Of a stretch of DNA of 13,692 bases, positions 13,678 through 13,692 are shown piece by piece. Positions within the stretch are counted from its first letter, which is position 1. Each line of letters opens with the position of its first letter. The DNA is from Candidatus Micrarchaeota archaeon. GTDB taxonomy: Archaea > Micrarchaeota > Micrarchaeia > Micrarchaeales > CABMGC01. The stretch lies in the NCBI GenBank assembly GCA_027319905.1, contig DAHVMJ010000018.1, positions 1 to 13,692 on the forward strand, read 5' to 3'. Under the pieces are notes generated by a model. It worked only from the letters and a program-made list of their open reading frames with translations, searched no databases and had not been told where the DNA came from. A program made the translations under genes and the position numbers.

Positions 13678-13692
13678 CCTTCACGCTTGGTC

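Noticed and set aside
13423..13692. Plus-strand frame open from ATG 13423 to the window end
   Set aside because: Ser/Arg/Ala/Pro-rich, antisense to the tRNA-Gly fragment and its promoter, with no recognisable motif.

Overview
Archaeal chromosomal segment, most likely DPANN/Micrarchaeota-like (inferred from GGGP synthase, archaeal NAC, DUF424, TATA-box promoters, CCA-less tRNAs and AGG/ATA-rich codon use). Housekeeping content: tRNA-Ala(TGC)-nac, DUF424, a BcsA-like GT2 glycosyltransferase, tRNA-Ser(CGA), a hicB-hicA pair, truD, and a tight operon of PRODH-like protein, NAD-dependent epimerase, GGGP synthase, truncated Rqc2/NFACT and RNase Z, followed by tRNA-Val(GAC). Two mobile elements can be delimited from sequence: a tnpB-only IS200/IS605 element (7422-8816, predicted TAM TTTAA) inserted 8 nt upstream of truD, and a 448-bp transposase-less cassette (3152-3599, IS903-like ends, 9-bp target duplication) carrying one small hydrophobic gene. 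The most unusual signal is a promoter-preceded 5' portion of tRNA-Gly(GCC) on the minus strand that lacks a T-arm and runs into a densely structured region. Also seen: C at normally U positions in two tRNAs, a degenerate PRODH active site and a 42-aa, 62% acidic microprotein absent from the ORF track.
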